From Candidatus Woesearchaeota archaeon (GTDB lineage Archaea; Nanobdellota; Nanobdellia; Pacearchaeales; UBA284), in contig CAYNFE010000003.1 of NCBI GenBank assembly GCA_964396475.1, positions 26,588 through 90,587 of the forward strand: a stretch of DNA of 64,000 nt, read 5' to 3'. The notes under the pieces are model-generated. The model saw only the letters and a program-made list of their open reading frames with translations. It made no database searches and was not told where the DNA came from. Positions 45,213 to 53,004 of the stretch are shown one piece after another. Position numbers and translations under genes: made by a program. Every line of letters begins with the position of its first letter. Within the stretch, counting starts at the first letter, position 1.

Positions 45213-45659
45213 ATGAAAGAAGAATCTTTAGGAGAAATCACATTAAGAAAATATGAAAAACCTTATCAATTAAGTTCTCGAGAGCTCGTGAAAAAGATAT
45301 GTCTCAGCCTTGGTTTATTACAACCAGGAGACTCTAGAGATATAGTGGTTGATATTCTTTTTACCCTATTGAATGCAAGAAAACAAAAAAAGGAATTAAA
45401 TTTAGAAGAAATAAAAGAACAGGTTATAGAATCTAGAAAAAAAGGTAATTTTGAGTTGAAAGGTATAGCTAATTCAAACATAAGAAGACAACTGAAAAAA
45501 CTCAGAGATGTATTTATTGTTGAAAAAAAAGCTAATAATTATAGAATTTCAGAATTTGAGAATCTTAAAAAGATTTTTGAAGAAAAAATAGAAAGATTTT
45601 ATATTGTTTCTATAATTGAAAGAATTAAAGAATATCTCGACGAATTAGAGAAATCTTGA
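45213..45659 (+). CDS. Winged helix-turn-helix transcriptional regulator-like protein
   Basis: GDSRDIVVDILFTLLNARK ... SNIRRQLKKLRDVFIVEKK is a wHTH recognition-helix-plus-wing pattern. Confidence 0.5.
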   Translation: MKEESLGEITLRKYEKPYQLSSRELVKKICLSLGLLQPGDSRDIVVDILFTLLNARKQKKELNLEEIKEQVIESRKKGNFELKGIANSNIRRQLKKLRDVFIVEKKANNYRISEFENLKKIFEEKIERFYIVSIIERIKEYLDELEKS

Positions 45660-45672
45660 GACGTCAGAAACC

Positions 45673-45680
45673 TTTATAAA
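45673..45680 (+). promoter_or_regulatory. Candidate TATA box of the L1-P0-P1 operon
   Basis: TTTATAAA preceded by purine-rich AGAAACC, ~76 nt upstream of the L1 ATG. Confidence 0.35.
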
Positions 45681-45718
45681 GTTAATTTTACTCTCATTTA
45701 TGTCCGTTATTACTACAT

Positions 45719-45737
45719 CCTGACGGGCCAGTTCAGG
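45719..45737 (+). promoter_or_regulatory. GC-rich hairpin in the L1 leader (candidate L1 autoregulatory site)
   Basis: CCTGA-CGGGCCAGT-TCAGG sits just upstream of the SD GGAGG (45747-45751). It is a GC island in otherwise AT-rich DNA. Confidence 0.3.
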
Positions 45738-45755
45738 ACGAAAGTAGGAGGAAAA

Positions 45756-46406
45756 ATGAATTTTTCTGAAGCACTGAAAAAACTAAGGAAAAGAAGCAAA
45801 AAAAGAAATTTTAATCAGACTTTTGACATTATAATAAATCTTAAAAATTTTGACCCTAGGAAAGAAGTAGTAAATACTTCCATTATTCTTCCAATTATAG
45901 GTAAAAAAAAGAAAATTTGTGCTTTTCTTGAACACCCTTCTAAAGCTGTTGATTATGTTATCACCAAAAATGAAATAGAACAAATAGAACTTAAAGATAT
46001 CAAAAAATTGGCAAAAGAGTATGATTTTTTCATAGCAAATGCAAAATTAATGCCTAAGATAGCATCAAAATTCGGAAAAATATTAGGTATGGCTGGAAAA
46101 ATGCCTGATCCAAAGATAGGTGGGGTTTTAGCACAAGAAAATGAGGATGTTATAAATTCAACTGTAAAAAAACTTTCTAACATATTAAAAATTCGTTCAA
46201 AAGAAGCAAGTATTAAGATAGGGGTTGGTAAAGAAAATATGTCTGATGAAGAGCTTATAAAAAATGCTGAGACTGCATTTAAAACAATAGTTAAAGCATT
46301 GCCAAAAAAAGAATTTAATGTTAAATCTGTTTTACTTAAATTTACTATGAGTTCTCCTGTAAAAATTAAAGAGCAAATAAAAAAACAAAAAGGGAGAGGA
46401 AAATAA
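45756..46406 (+). CDS. rpl1: 50S ribosomal protein L1 (uL1)
   Basis: RNFNQTFDIIINLK, FFIANAKLMPKIASKFGKILGMAGKMPDP. Confidence 0.93.
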   Translation: MNFSEALKKLRKRSKKRNFNQTFDIIINLKNFDPRKEVVNTSIILPIIGKKKKICAFLEHPSKAVDYVITKNEIEQIELKDIKKLAKEYDFFIANAKLMPKIASKFGKILGMAGKMPDPKIGGVLAQENEDVINSTVKKLSNILKIRSKEASIKIGVGKENMSDEELIKNAETAFKTIVKALPKKEFNVKSVLLKFTMSSPVKIKEQIKKQKGRGK

Positions 46407-46411
46407 AAAAA

Positions 46412-47194
46412 ATGGAAGAAGAAAGAACAAAAGATATTCCTGAAAAAAAGAAAAAAATGCTTGCAAATCTAATTGATCTTATTAATAAAAGCAATACTAT
46501 AATGATTGTTTCTATAGAAAATATTCCAGCACCACAATTTCAAAAAATAAAACGTTCACTGAAAGACACAGCCACAATTAAAGTGATTAAAAAAAGTTTT
46601 ATGTTCAGAGCATTTGAAGATACTAAAAAAATGAAGAAAGATATTGAGAAATTAGAAAATTGGCTTCAGAAAGGTTTTGCTATAATTTTTTCTAATATTG
46701 ATCCTTTTGAACTTTCATCAATTTTAGCAGATAATAAATTCCCTGCTAAAGCAAAGGCTGGGCAGACAGTTCCAAAAGATATAATCGTAGATGCTGGTCC
46801 AACAGATCTCCCTGCTGGCCCTATAATTTCTGAACTTAGTAAAGTAAATATAAAAGCAAGGATAGAAAGAGGTAAAATAGTAATAAAAGAATCATGCATT
46901 ATTGTAAAAGAAGGAGAAAAATTAAGTAAGGAGGCTGCTTCTATTCTCACAAAATTAGAAATTACCCCTTTTACTTTAGGTTTTGAACCATTAGTAGCTT
47001 ATGATAGTAAAGAATCAAGAATTTATGAAAAAATAAAAGTAGATAAAGAAGCTATGGTTAATGATTTAAAACAATTATCTATGAATGCTTTCAACCTAGC
47101 ATTCAATATTTCATACTTAACTAAAGAAACATTTTTACTTTTTATCTCAAAAGCAAATCAAGAAGCTAATATAATATTAAATTTAATCAAATAA
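46412..47194 (+). CDS. rplP0: 50S ribosomal stalk protein P0 (uL10), short form
   Basis: IMIVSIENIPAPQFQKIKRSLKD, PAKAKAGQTVPKDIIVDAGPTDLPAGP. Only 260 aa, with no acidic C-terminal tail. Confidence 0.88.
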   Translation: MEEERTKDIPEKKKKMLANLIDLINKSNTIMIVSIENIPAPQFQKIKRSLKDTATIKVIKKSFMFRAFEDTKKMKKDIEKLENWLQKGFAIIFSNIDPFELSSILADNKFPAKAKAGQTVPKDIIVDAGPTDLPAGPIISELSKVNIKARIERGKIVIKESCIIVKEGEKLSKEAASILTKLEITPFTLGFEPLVAYDSKESRIYEKIKVDKEAMVNDLKQLSMNAFNLAFNISYLTKETFLLFISKANQEANIILNLIK

Positions 47195-47206
47195 ATTGGA
47201 GGAAAT

Positions 47207-47491
47207 ATGGAATATGTATATGCGGCTCTTTTGTTGCATAAAACAGGGAAGGAAATAAACGAAGAGAATTTAAAAAAAGTAATAGAATCAGCAGGTGGAA
47301 CAGTAGATGAATCAAAACTAAAAACAGTAATAGCAAGCTTAAAAGGAGTCGATATAGAAAAAGTATTGAAAGAAGCTGCAGCAATACCAGCAGCACCGGC
47401 AGCAAAAGGTGAAGAGAACAAGGAAGAGAAAAAAAAGGAAGAAGAAAAGAAAGAAGAAGCTGCAGAAGGTCTTGCTGTTTTATTTGGATAA
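47207..47491 (+). CDS. rplP1: 50S ribosomal stalk protein P1 (L12e)
   Basis: [22 protein letters not shown] ... [16 protein letters not shown]. Confidence 0.93.
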   Translation: MEYVYAALLLHKTGKEINEENLKKVIESAGGTVDESKLKTVIASLKGVDIEKVLKEAAAIPAAPAAKGEENKEEKKKEEEKKEEAAEGLAVLFG

Positions 47492-47501
47492 ATAAAATAA
47501 A

Positions 47502-47975
47502 ATGAATCCTCTTTTGCTGGGTATATTGCTCAGTATCTTACCTGTAGTAGAGCTTCGTGGAGGAATTCCTTTTGCGATTGCTCAAGGTATCAATCCTATA
47601 GTAGCTTTTATTTTTTGTACTCTAGCTAATATAGCCATCATACCAATCATTTTCTTATTTCTTGATTATCTTCACAAACATTTTCTAAAAATCAAACCTT
47701 ACAGAAAAATATTTAATGTTTTTCTTAAAAAAATAAGAAAAAGAAAAACTAAGGTAGAAAAGGATTACCAAATCTATGGTATAATTGCTCTGACTTTTTT
47801 TGTGGCTATCCCATTACCTGTAACAGGAGCCTGGACTGGAGCTTTGATAGCTTGGCTCCTTAGTTTAAAGAGGGGGCGAAGCTTTTTAGCAATTGCACTA
47901 GGAGTAATAATTGCAGGGATAATAATAACTCTAGCAACAACAGGAATAATAACTTTTCTAAAATTCTTAATCTGA
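47502..47975 (+). CDS. Small membrane protein, COG2426 (putative small multidrug export) family
   Basis: LPVVELRGGIPFAIAQGINP and PLPVTGAWTGALIAWLL. Confidence 0.6.
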   Translation: MNPLLLGILLSILPVVELRGGIPFAIAQGINPIVAFIFCTLANIAIIPIIFLFLDYLHKHFLKIKPYRKIFNVFLKKIRKRKTKVEKDYQIYGIIALTFFVAIPLPVTGAWTGALIAWLLSLKRGRSFLAIALGVIIAGIIITLATTGIITFLKFLI

Positions 47976-47984
47976 ATTTCTAAG

Positions 47985-48518
47985 TTATTTTCTAAAACTA
48001 CTTTTATTTAAAATAAATTTAATATCAGAAATAAAAGGAATTGTCTTAATCTTAAAAATAAAAACAGTTAATATCCATACTAAAACAACAAAAACTGTGC
48101 TTATCCCATACCAAAAAACCTTATGAGTTATGTCAAAAGCAAGAGATTCATTGACAAGTAAGATAATTAATAAAATTAAGCGGATTATATTCATTACTAA
48201 AAGAAACGCCGCATCAAAAAGAAAAACATAAACTCTTTTTCCTAAACTTAAACCACATGTTAAAATATTAAGAATAAATAAAAGAAAAAAAGCACTGCCA
48301 GCAATACAGGCATCTATAAATTCTATAGCAATCCCATTAACAATTATACTGATACTATTTTCTAAGGAAATTTCATAAAAAAGACCTAAGATAAATACTG
48401 TAGGCCATATGGTAAGCGGACGAAAAATGAAATAAAAAACAGGAACAAACAAAGTAACTATCGCAATAATCATTCCAATAAAATATCTTAAAAGAATTTC
48501 TTTGACCCTTTTTTCCAT
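47985..48518 (-). CDS. Small exosortase/archaeosortase-family protein (candidate archaeosortase)
   Basis: 177 aa and polytopic. A Cys/Arg/His triad is spaced as in exosortases: FIDACIAGSAFF, MNIIRLILL, FDITHKVFWYGIS. Confidence 0.5.
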   Translation of the reverse strand: MEKRVKEILLRYFIGMIIAIVTLFVPVFYFIFRPLTIWPTVFILGLFYEISLENSISIIVNGIAIEFIDACIAGSAFFLLFILNILTCGLSLGKRVYVFLFDAAFLLVMNIIRLILLIILLVNESLAFDITHKVFWYGISTVFVVLVWILTVFIFKIKTIPFISDIKFILNKSSFRK

Positions 48519-48566
48519 GACCTTATCATAACAAAATTATTTAAATATCTTTAGATAAGAAAAAAT

Positions 48567-49145
48567 ATGAAAAAGGGAACAAAAACAATTATTCTTTTTA
48601 TTATAGCTATTATGATCTTTGTCATAAGTTTTGTCTTAGATAAACAAATATTCTCAATAATCCAGAATCTAAGAAATCCCACTTTAGATTCTTTCTTTTC
48701 ATGGATATTATTTATAGAGGAATGGTTTATTTATTATCCTTTAGTCATATTATTTTCTTTTGCGATTCTCTTTTGGAAAAAAAAGAAAGACCTTTTACCT
48801 TTCACATTCACTTTTTTTATCTCCTTATTATTAATTTTATTCTTAAAAACCATAATTGTTAAACCAAGACCTTTATTTCCCTTATCAGAAGATTCCTTTC
48901 CTTCTGGGCATCCTTTAATCTTTAGTATTCTTCCATTCTTAGATTATAAAAAAAATAAATATCTGAAAATAATTTGGTTGATAGTATCTTGTTTAATTAT
49001 TTTTACAAGAATATGGTTTGGCTTGCATTATCTTAGTGATATTATTTTTAGTCTAATAATTATTTATACTGTATCATTCTTAATAACAACTTTGTGGAAA
49101 AAATTAAAAATATCAAAAACTAAGATAAAGAAGAAAAAGAGGTAA
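48567..49145 (+). CDS. PAP2-family lipid phosphatase
   Basis: KPRP, PSGHP and RIWFGLHYLSDIIFS are the three PAP2 motifs. Confidence 0.8.
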   Translation: MKKGTKTIILFIIAIMIFVISFVLDKQIFSIIQNLRNPTLDSFFSWILFIEEWFIYYPLVILFSFAILFWKKKKDLLPFTFTFFISLLLILFLKTIIVKPRPLFPLSEDSFPSGHPLIFSILPFLDYKKNKYLKIIWLIVSCLIIFTRIWFGLHYLSDIIFSLIIIYTVSFLITTLWKKLKISKTKIKKKKR

Positions 49146-49157
49146 GAAAAATAAAAA

Positions 49158-49748
49158 ATGACTAATGGCATTGGTGCTGCCATAAATCTAGTATTAGAAA
49201 AATCTGTCGAGTTATTAAAACAACTTATCCTAAATACAGATATGTTATGGATTCTTTTGCCTTTACTCATAGCTTTATTCTTGATGGAACTTTATTTTGG
49301 TCGTTATAAAGAAGAAGAACTAGGATGGAACAGCGCAGTTAGCAACTCTATTGTTTTGTTCTTTGTCGGAATGAATCTATGCTCTTATCTTTTCTCTAAA
49401 AATATGCTTGTAGGCTTAACAACAGTATCCCCAGAATTAATACAAGTAGCATCAGAAAAAACATTTATTGCATTTATAGTTATTCTAGAAAGCATTTTTT
49501 TGCTTGTTTTAAACTTCTTCCACCTTGTATCAAAAAGATTTGCTTTTGGAATATCTTCTTCATTAATTATGAACTATATTGGAGTCATAGGGATCATCTT
49601 AGTATATTCTAATATACCTATAGATGCAACTATTATACCAGCAATCTTATTCCTCTTCATTGTAGCAGTTCTTTTCTTCTGGATAATACAATCCCTGGAA
49701 TCAAAGGCAGAGAAAGAATCTGAAGAAGAGGAAGAAGAGACTGAATAA
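49158..49748 (+). CDS. Polytopic membrane protein with an acidic C-terminus, function unknown
   Basis: Five or more hydrophobic helices. The tail is EKESEEEEEETE. Confidence 0.55.
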   Translation: MTNGIGAAINLVLEKSVELLKQLILNTDMLWILLPLLIALFLMELYFGRYKEEELGWNSAVSNSIVLFFVGMNLCSYLFSKNMLVGLTTVSPELIQVASEKTFIAFIVILESIFLLVLNFFHLVSKRFAFGISSSLIMNYIGVIGIILVYSNIPIDATIIPAILFLFIVAVLFFWIIQSLESKAEKESEEEEEETE

Positions 49749-49778
49749 AGTTTAAAAAACTTCTTTCCAATTATAAAC

Positions 49779-51272
49779 ATGAGAAAAAAAGAAAAAGAGA
49801 GTATAGAAAAACTGGATAAAATAACAGCAATCGCTCTAAAAAGAGGCTTTTTCTGGCCAACAGCCGAGATTTATGGTGGAAAAGCAGGCCTGCTTAGTTA
49901 TGGTCATCTTGGAAAAGCAATAAAAAATAAATTTGAAAACTTATGGCGCGATTATTTTATAAAAAATTATGAAAATTGTTATGAAATCGAGGCTTCAACA
50001 ATCTTGCCTGAGGAGGTTTTCATGGCTTCGGGACATATAGAGCATTTTAATGATCCTCTTATTGAGTGTAAAACATGTCATTTTAGATTCAGAGCAGACC
50101 AGTTCATAGAAAATAATCTAAAAGTGAATGTAGAAGAATTAACACTAGAAGAAATGTCTGAATTAGCAAGAAAAAATAAGCTTAAATGCCCAAAATGCGG
50201 TTCTTGGCATCTTGGAGAAGCAAAATGGTTTAACATGATGTTCCCAATACAATTAGGAGCTGTAGGCATAAAGGACATGGCATATTTGCCTCCTGAAACA
50301 GCACAGGCTTCTTATCTTGCTTTTAAACGAGAATTTGAAGCTACGAGAAAAAAATTGCCTTTGGGAATAGCAATCATAGGAAAAGCCTTTAGAAATGAAA
50401 TATCCCCAAGACAATTGATAACCAGAATGAAAGAATTTCATCAAGCAGAACTTCAAGTATTCTTTGATCCTGATGAAATAAATAAGATTAATAAGGAAAA
50501 ATGGAAACAAATATCAAAATATAAATTAATCATGCTCCCACAAAAAGAAAAGAAAATAAAGGAGATAACATGTGATGAAGCAAATAAAAAACTTAAGCTA
50601 CCAAAATTCTATATCAAACATCTTGCTCTAGTGCAAAAATTTTATCTTGAAAAATTAAAAATTCCAAAAAATGAATTCAGACTTCGTGAATTAAGTGAAA
50701 AAGAAAAAGCATTCTACAATAAAATTCATTGGGATATTGAATTAAATTTAGAGACTTTTGGTGAATTCAGAGAAATTGGAGGAATTCATTACAGAACAGA
50801 TCATGATTTATCTGGACATGAAAAATATAGCAAAGAGAACCTACATATTTTTTACAATAATAAAAAATTTATTCCTCATGTTCTTGAAATAAGTCTAGGA
50901 ATTGATAGAGATATATGGGCTTTAATGGATATTTTCTTCAAAGAAGAAAAAGAAAGGGCACTCTTTTCATTTCCACTAGCTATTTCACCAATAGATATGG
51001 CAATATTCCCTCTTGTAAGCAAAGAGGGTTTGCCAGAAAAAGCTAAAGAAATATATAATATGCTTAAAAAAAAGTTCTCCTGCTTCTATGATGAAACCGG
51101 AGCAATAGGAAGACGCTACAGAAGACAGGATGAGATAGGAACACCTTATTGTATAACAATCGACAACCAAACTATGAAAGATGATACAGTAACTATTAGA
51201 GAACGAGACAGCATGAAACAAAAAAGAGTTAAGAAAGCCGTCCTTCTTATTGAATTCAAAAATTTGATATAG
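49779..51272 (+). CDS. glyS: Glycine--tRNA ligase (class II, archaeal/eukaryotic type)
   Basis: RGFFWPTAEIYGG..AGLLSYGHLG, FRNEISPR, GIDRDIWA, and a C-terminal anticodon-binding domain. Confidence 0.93.
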   Translation: MRKKEKESIEKLDKITAIALKRGFFWPTAEIYGGKAGLLSYGHLGKAIKNKFENLWRDYFIKNYENCYEIEASTILPEEVFMASGHIEHFNDPLIECKTCHFRFRADQFIENNLKVNVEELTLEEMSELARKNKLKCPKCGSWHLGEAKWFNMMFPIQLGAVGIKDMAYLPPETAQASYLAFKREFEATRKKLPLGIAIIGKAFRNEISPRQLITRMKEFHQAELQVFFDPDEINKINKEKWKQISKYKLIMLPQKEKKIKEITCDEANKKLKLPKFYIKHLALVQKFYLEKLKIPKNEFRLRELSEKEKAFYNKIHWDIELNLETFGEFREIGGIHYRTDHDLSGHEKYSKENLHIFYNNKKFIPHVLEISLGIDRDIWALMDIFFKEEKERALFSFPLAISPIDMAIFPLVSKEGLPEKAKEIYNMLKKKFSCFYDETGAIGRRYRRQDEIGTPYCITIDNQTMKDDTVTIRERDSMKQKRVKKAVLLIEFKNLI

Positions 51273-51287
51273 AAAAATAAAATTAAA

Positions 51288-51767
51288 ATGATGCAAAGAA
51301 CACTTGTACTTTTAAAACCAGACGCTGTAAAGAGAACAGTTAGCGGAGAAATTCTACAAAGATTTGAAAAAGTAGGTTTGAAAATTATTGGAATAAAAAT
51401 GGTTTGGGTAAATGAAGATTTTGCTAAAAAACATTACTGTGAACATATTGGAAAAGATTTCTATAAATGTCTAGAAGAATTTATTACGAGCGGTCCTGTT
51501 ATCGCTATTTGTCTAGAAGGAGTTAATGTAGTTGAGATTGTAAGAAAAATGATAGGACGTACAGAACCAGGAAAAGCAATGCCAGGAACAATAAGAGGAG
51601 ACTTTGCACATCTAAGCACAGAATGGGCGAATCAGAAAGGTAAGGCAGTTTCAAATCTAATCCATGCTTCAGATAAAATAGATACGGCAAAAAAAGAAAT
51701 TAAGTTATGGTTTAAAGAAGAAGAGCTACATAATTACAAAATAGCTCATGAAAATTTTGTTTTTTAG
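51288..51767 (+). CDS. ndk: Nucleoside diphosphate kinase
   Basis: RTLVLLKPDAV, GTIRGDFA, NLIHASD (catalytic His). Confidence 0.93.
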   Translation: MMQRTLVLLKPDAVKRTVSGEILQRFEKVGLKIIGIKMVWVNEDFAKKHYCEHIGKDFYKCLEEFITSGPVIAICLEGVNVVEIVRKMIGRTEPGKAMPGTIRGDFAHLSTEWANQKGKAVSNLIHASDKIDTAKKEIKLWFKEEELHNYKIAHENFVF

Positions 51768-51770
51768 AAA

Positions 51771-52295
51771 ATGATGTTTCGCACACACATATTATTCGCA
51801 CTTTTTTTCTATCTTTTATTTATAAAAATATTTTCTATAGATTTTTCCATAATTTTTACATTAGTATTATGTTTTGGAGCAATACTTCCAGATTTAGATT
51901 CTCCGAAAAGTTATGTAAATAGAAAATATCTTTTTGGAGCAGGTAAAGGAATAGCGGCTTTTTCAAAACATCGTGGTTTTTGGCATAGTGTATTTGGTTT
52001 GCTTATCTTCTTGATACTCTCGATTATCGTTGTTTATTTCATTAAAGCCCCGCTCATTTTCTCTATAGCCTTGCCAATAGGTTATTTCATGCATTTGGCA
52101 GCAGATTCTTTTAATGTTTCTGGAATAAAATGGCTCTGGAAATCTAAGAAGCTTCATATAAGATGGAAAATCAGCACAGGAACTATTTCAGAACAGATTT
52201 TCTTCATCTTTCTACTTTTCATGACTATCTATCTCATTATTGGAAACCAAAGTATCCAAGAAATCACATCTTTCATAACAAAAATAAAACCTTAA
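51771..52295 (+). CDS. Membrane-bound metal-dependent hydrolase, DUF457/YdjM family
   Basis: GAILPDLDSP, HRGFWHS, HLAADSF. Confidence 0.75.
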   Translation: MMFRTHILFALFFYLLFIKIFSIDFSIIFTLVLCFGAILPDLDSPKSYVNRKYLFGAGKGIAAFSKHRGFWHSVFGLLIFLILSIIVVYFIKAPLIFSIALPIGYFMHLAADSFNVSGIKWLWKSKKLHIRWKISTGTISEQIFFIFLLFMTIYLIIGNQSIQEITSFITKIKP

Positions 52296-52320
52296 AAACC
52301 TAACACTATTTCTTAACTAA

Positions 52321-52391
52321 GGGCTCGTAGTCCAATGGCAAGACATCCGCTTGGCTGGCGAATAATCCGGGTTCGAATCCCGGCGAGTCCA
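52321..52391 (+). tRNA. tRNA-Ala (anticodon GGC)
   Basis: GGGCTCGTAGTCCAATGGCAAGACATCCGCTTGGCTGGCGAATAATCCGGGTTCGAATCCCGGCGAGTCCA. G3:U70 pair. Anticodon loop TTGGCTG. One C-A mismatch in the anticodon stem. Confidence 0.85.
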
Positions 52392-52592
52392 TAAAAAACA
52401 CAGAAAGGATTATAAACTCTAGACATTTATAATCTAAGTTAAGATGAAAAAGAAAAGGAAAAAGGAAAAAACAGAGGCTGAGGAGATACTTGAATTTGAA
52501 CAAGAATTAACAGATGATAATTCTGATTCTATCAATCAATTTACAAAAGAAGATAAAGACACCATATGTCGTTATATTGGTTGAATTTTAAA

Positions 52593-52991
52593 ATGAGTGA
52601 TTGTATATTCTGCAAGATTGTCAAAGGAGAAATTCCTTGCTATAAAATCTATGAAGATGATAATTTTCTCGCTTTTCTCGATATAAAACCTGTAAATAAA
52701 GGACATGCTTTAGTAATCCCTAAAAAACACTATAGATGGGTCTGGGATGTTCCAAATATCAATGAATATTATGAAGTTACTGGAAAAATTGCTAATACTC
52801 TAAAAAAAGTTTTCAATATAGAGCAGGTCGTATCTTTAGTTTGGGGAGATGAAGTGCCCCATGCACATATCTGGCTTATTCCAAGATTTGAAAATGACAA
52901 TATCCCTTTTCCTTTTAGTAAAGATACTCTAAAAACAATATCTAAAGAAGAGATGCAAGAAATAGCTAACAAAATAAAGAATTCTTTATAA
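52593..52991 (+). CDS. HIT-family (histidine triad) nucleotide hydrolase
   Basis: MSDCIFCKIVKGEIPCYKIYEDDNFLAFLDIKPVNKGHALVIPKKH and PHAHIWLIP. An alternative ATG exists at 52566. Confidence 0.88.
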   Translation: MSDCIFCKIVKGEIPCYKIYEDDNFLAFLDIKPVNKGHALVIPKKHYRWVWDVPNINEYYEVTGKIANTLKKVFNIEQVVSLVWGDEVPHAHIWLIPRFENDNIPFPFSKDTLKTISKEEMQEIANKIKNSL

Positions 52992-53004
52992 AGTTTCAAA
53001 TTTT

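Noticed and set aside
47158-47421. Reverse-strand ORFs of 87 and 72 aa.
   Set aside because: Both are antisense to the ribosomal stalk protein P1 gene and are composition artefacts.
52399-52435. An inverted repeat, GATTATAAA-CTCTAGACA-TTTATAATC, downstream of tRNA-Ala(GGC).
   Set aside because: It is composed of TATA-like sequence and is probably just a palindromic promoter box for the downstream genes. AT-only 9-bp stems are expected by chance in this composition.
52306-52503. A 65-aa reverse-strand ORF.
   Set aside because: It overlaps the + strand tRNA-Ala(GGC) at 52321-52391 and is spurious.
52444-52584. A 46-aa + strand ORF (MKKKRKKEKTEAEEILEFEQELTDD...) between tRNA-Ala and the HIT gene.
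   Set aside because: It has no SD and no recognisable motif, and it overlaps the alternative upstream start of the HIT gene. The support is not enough to call it.
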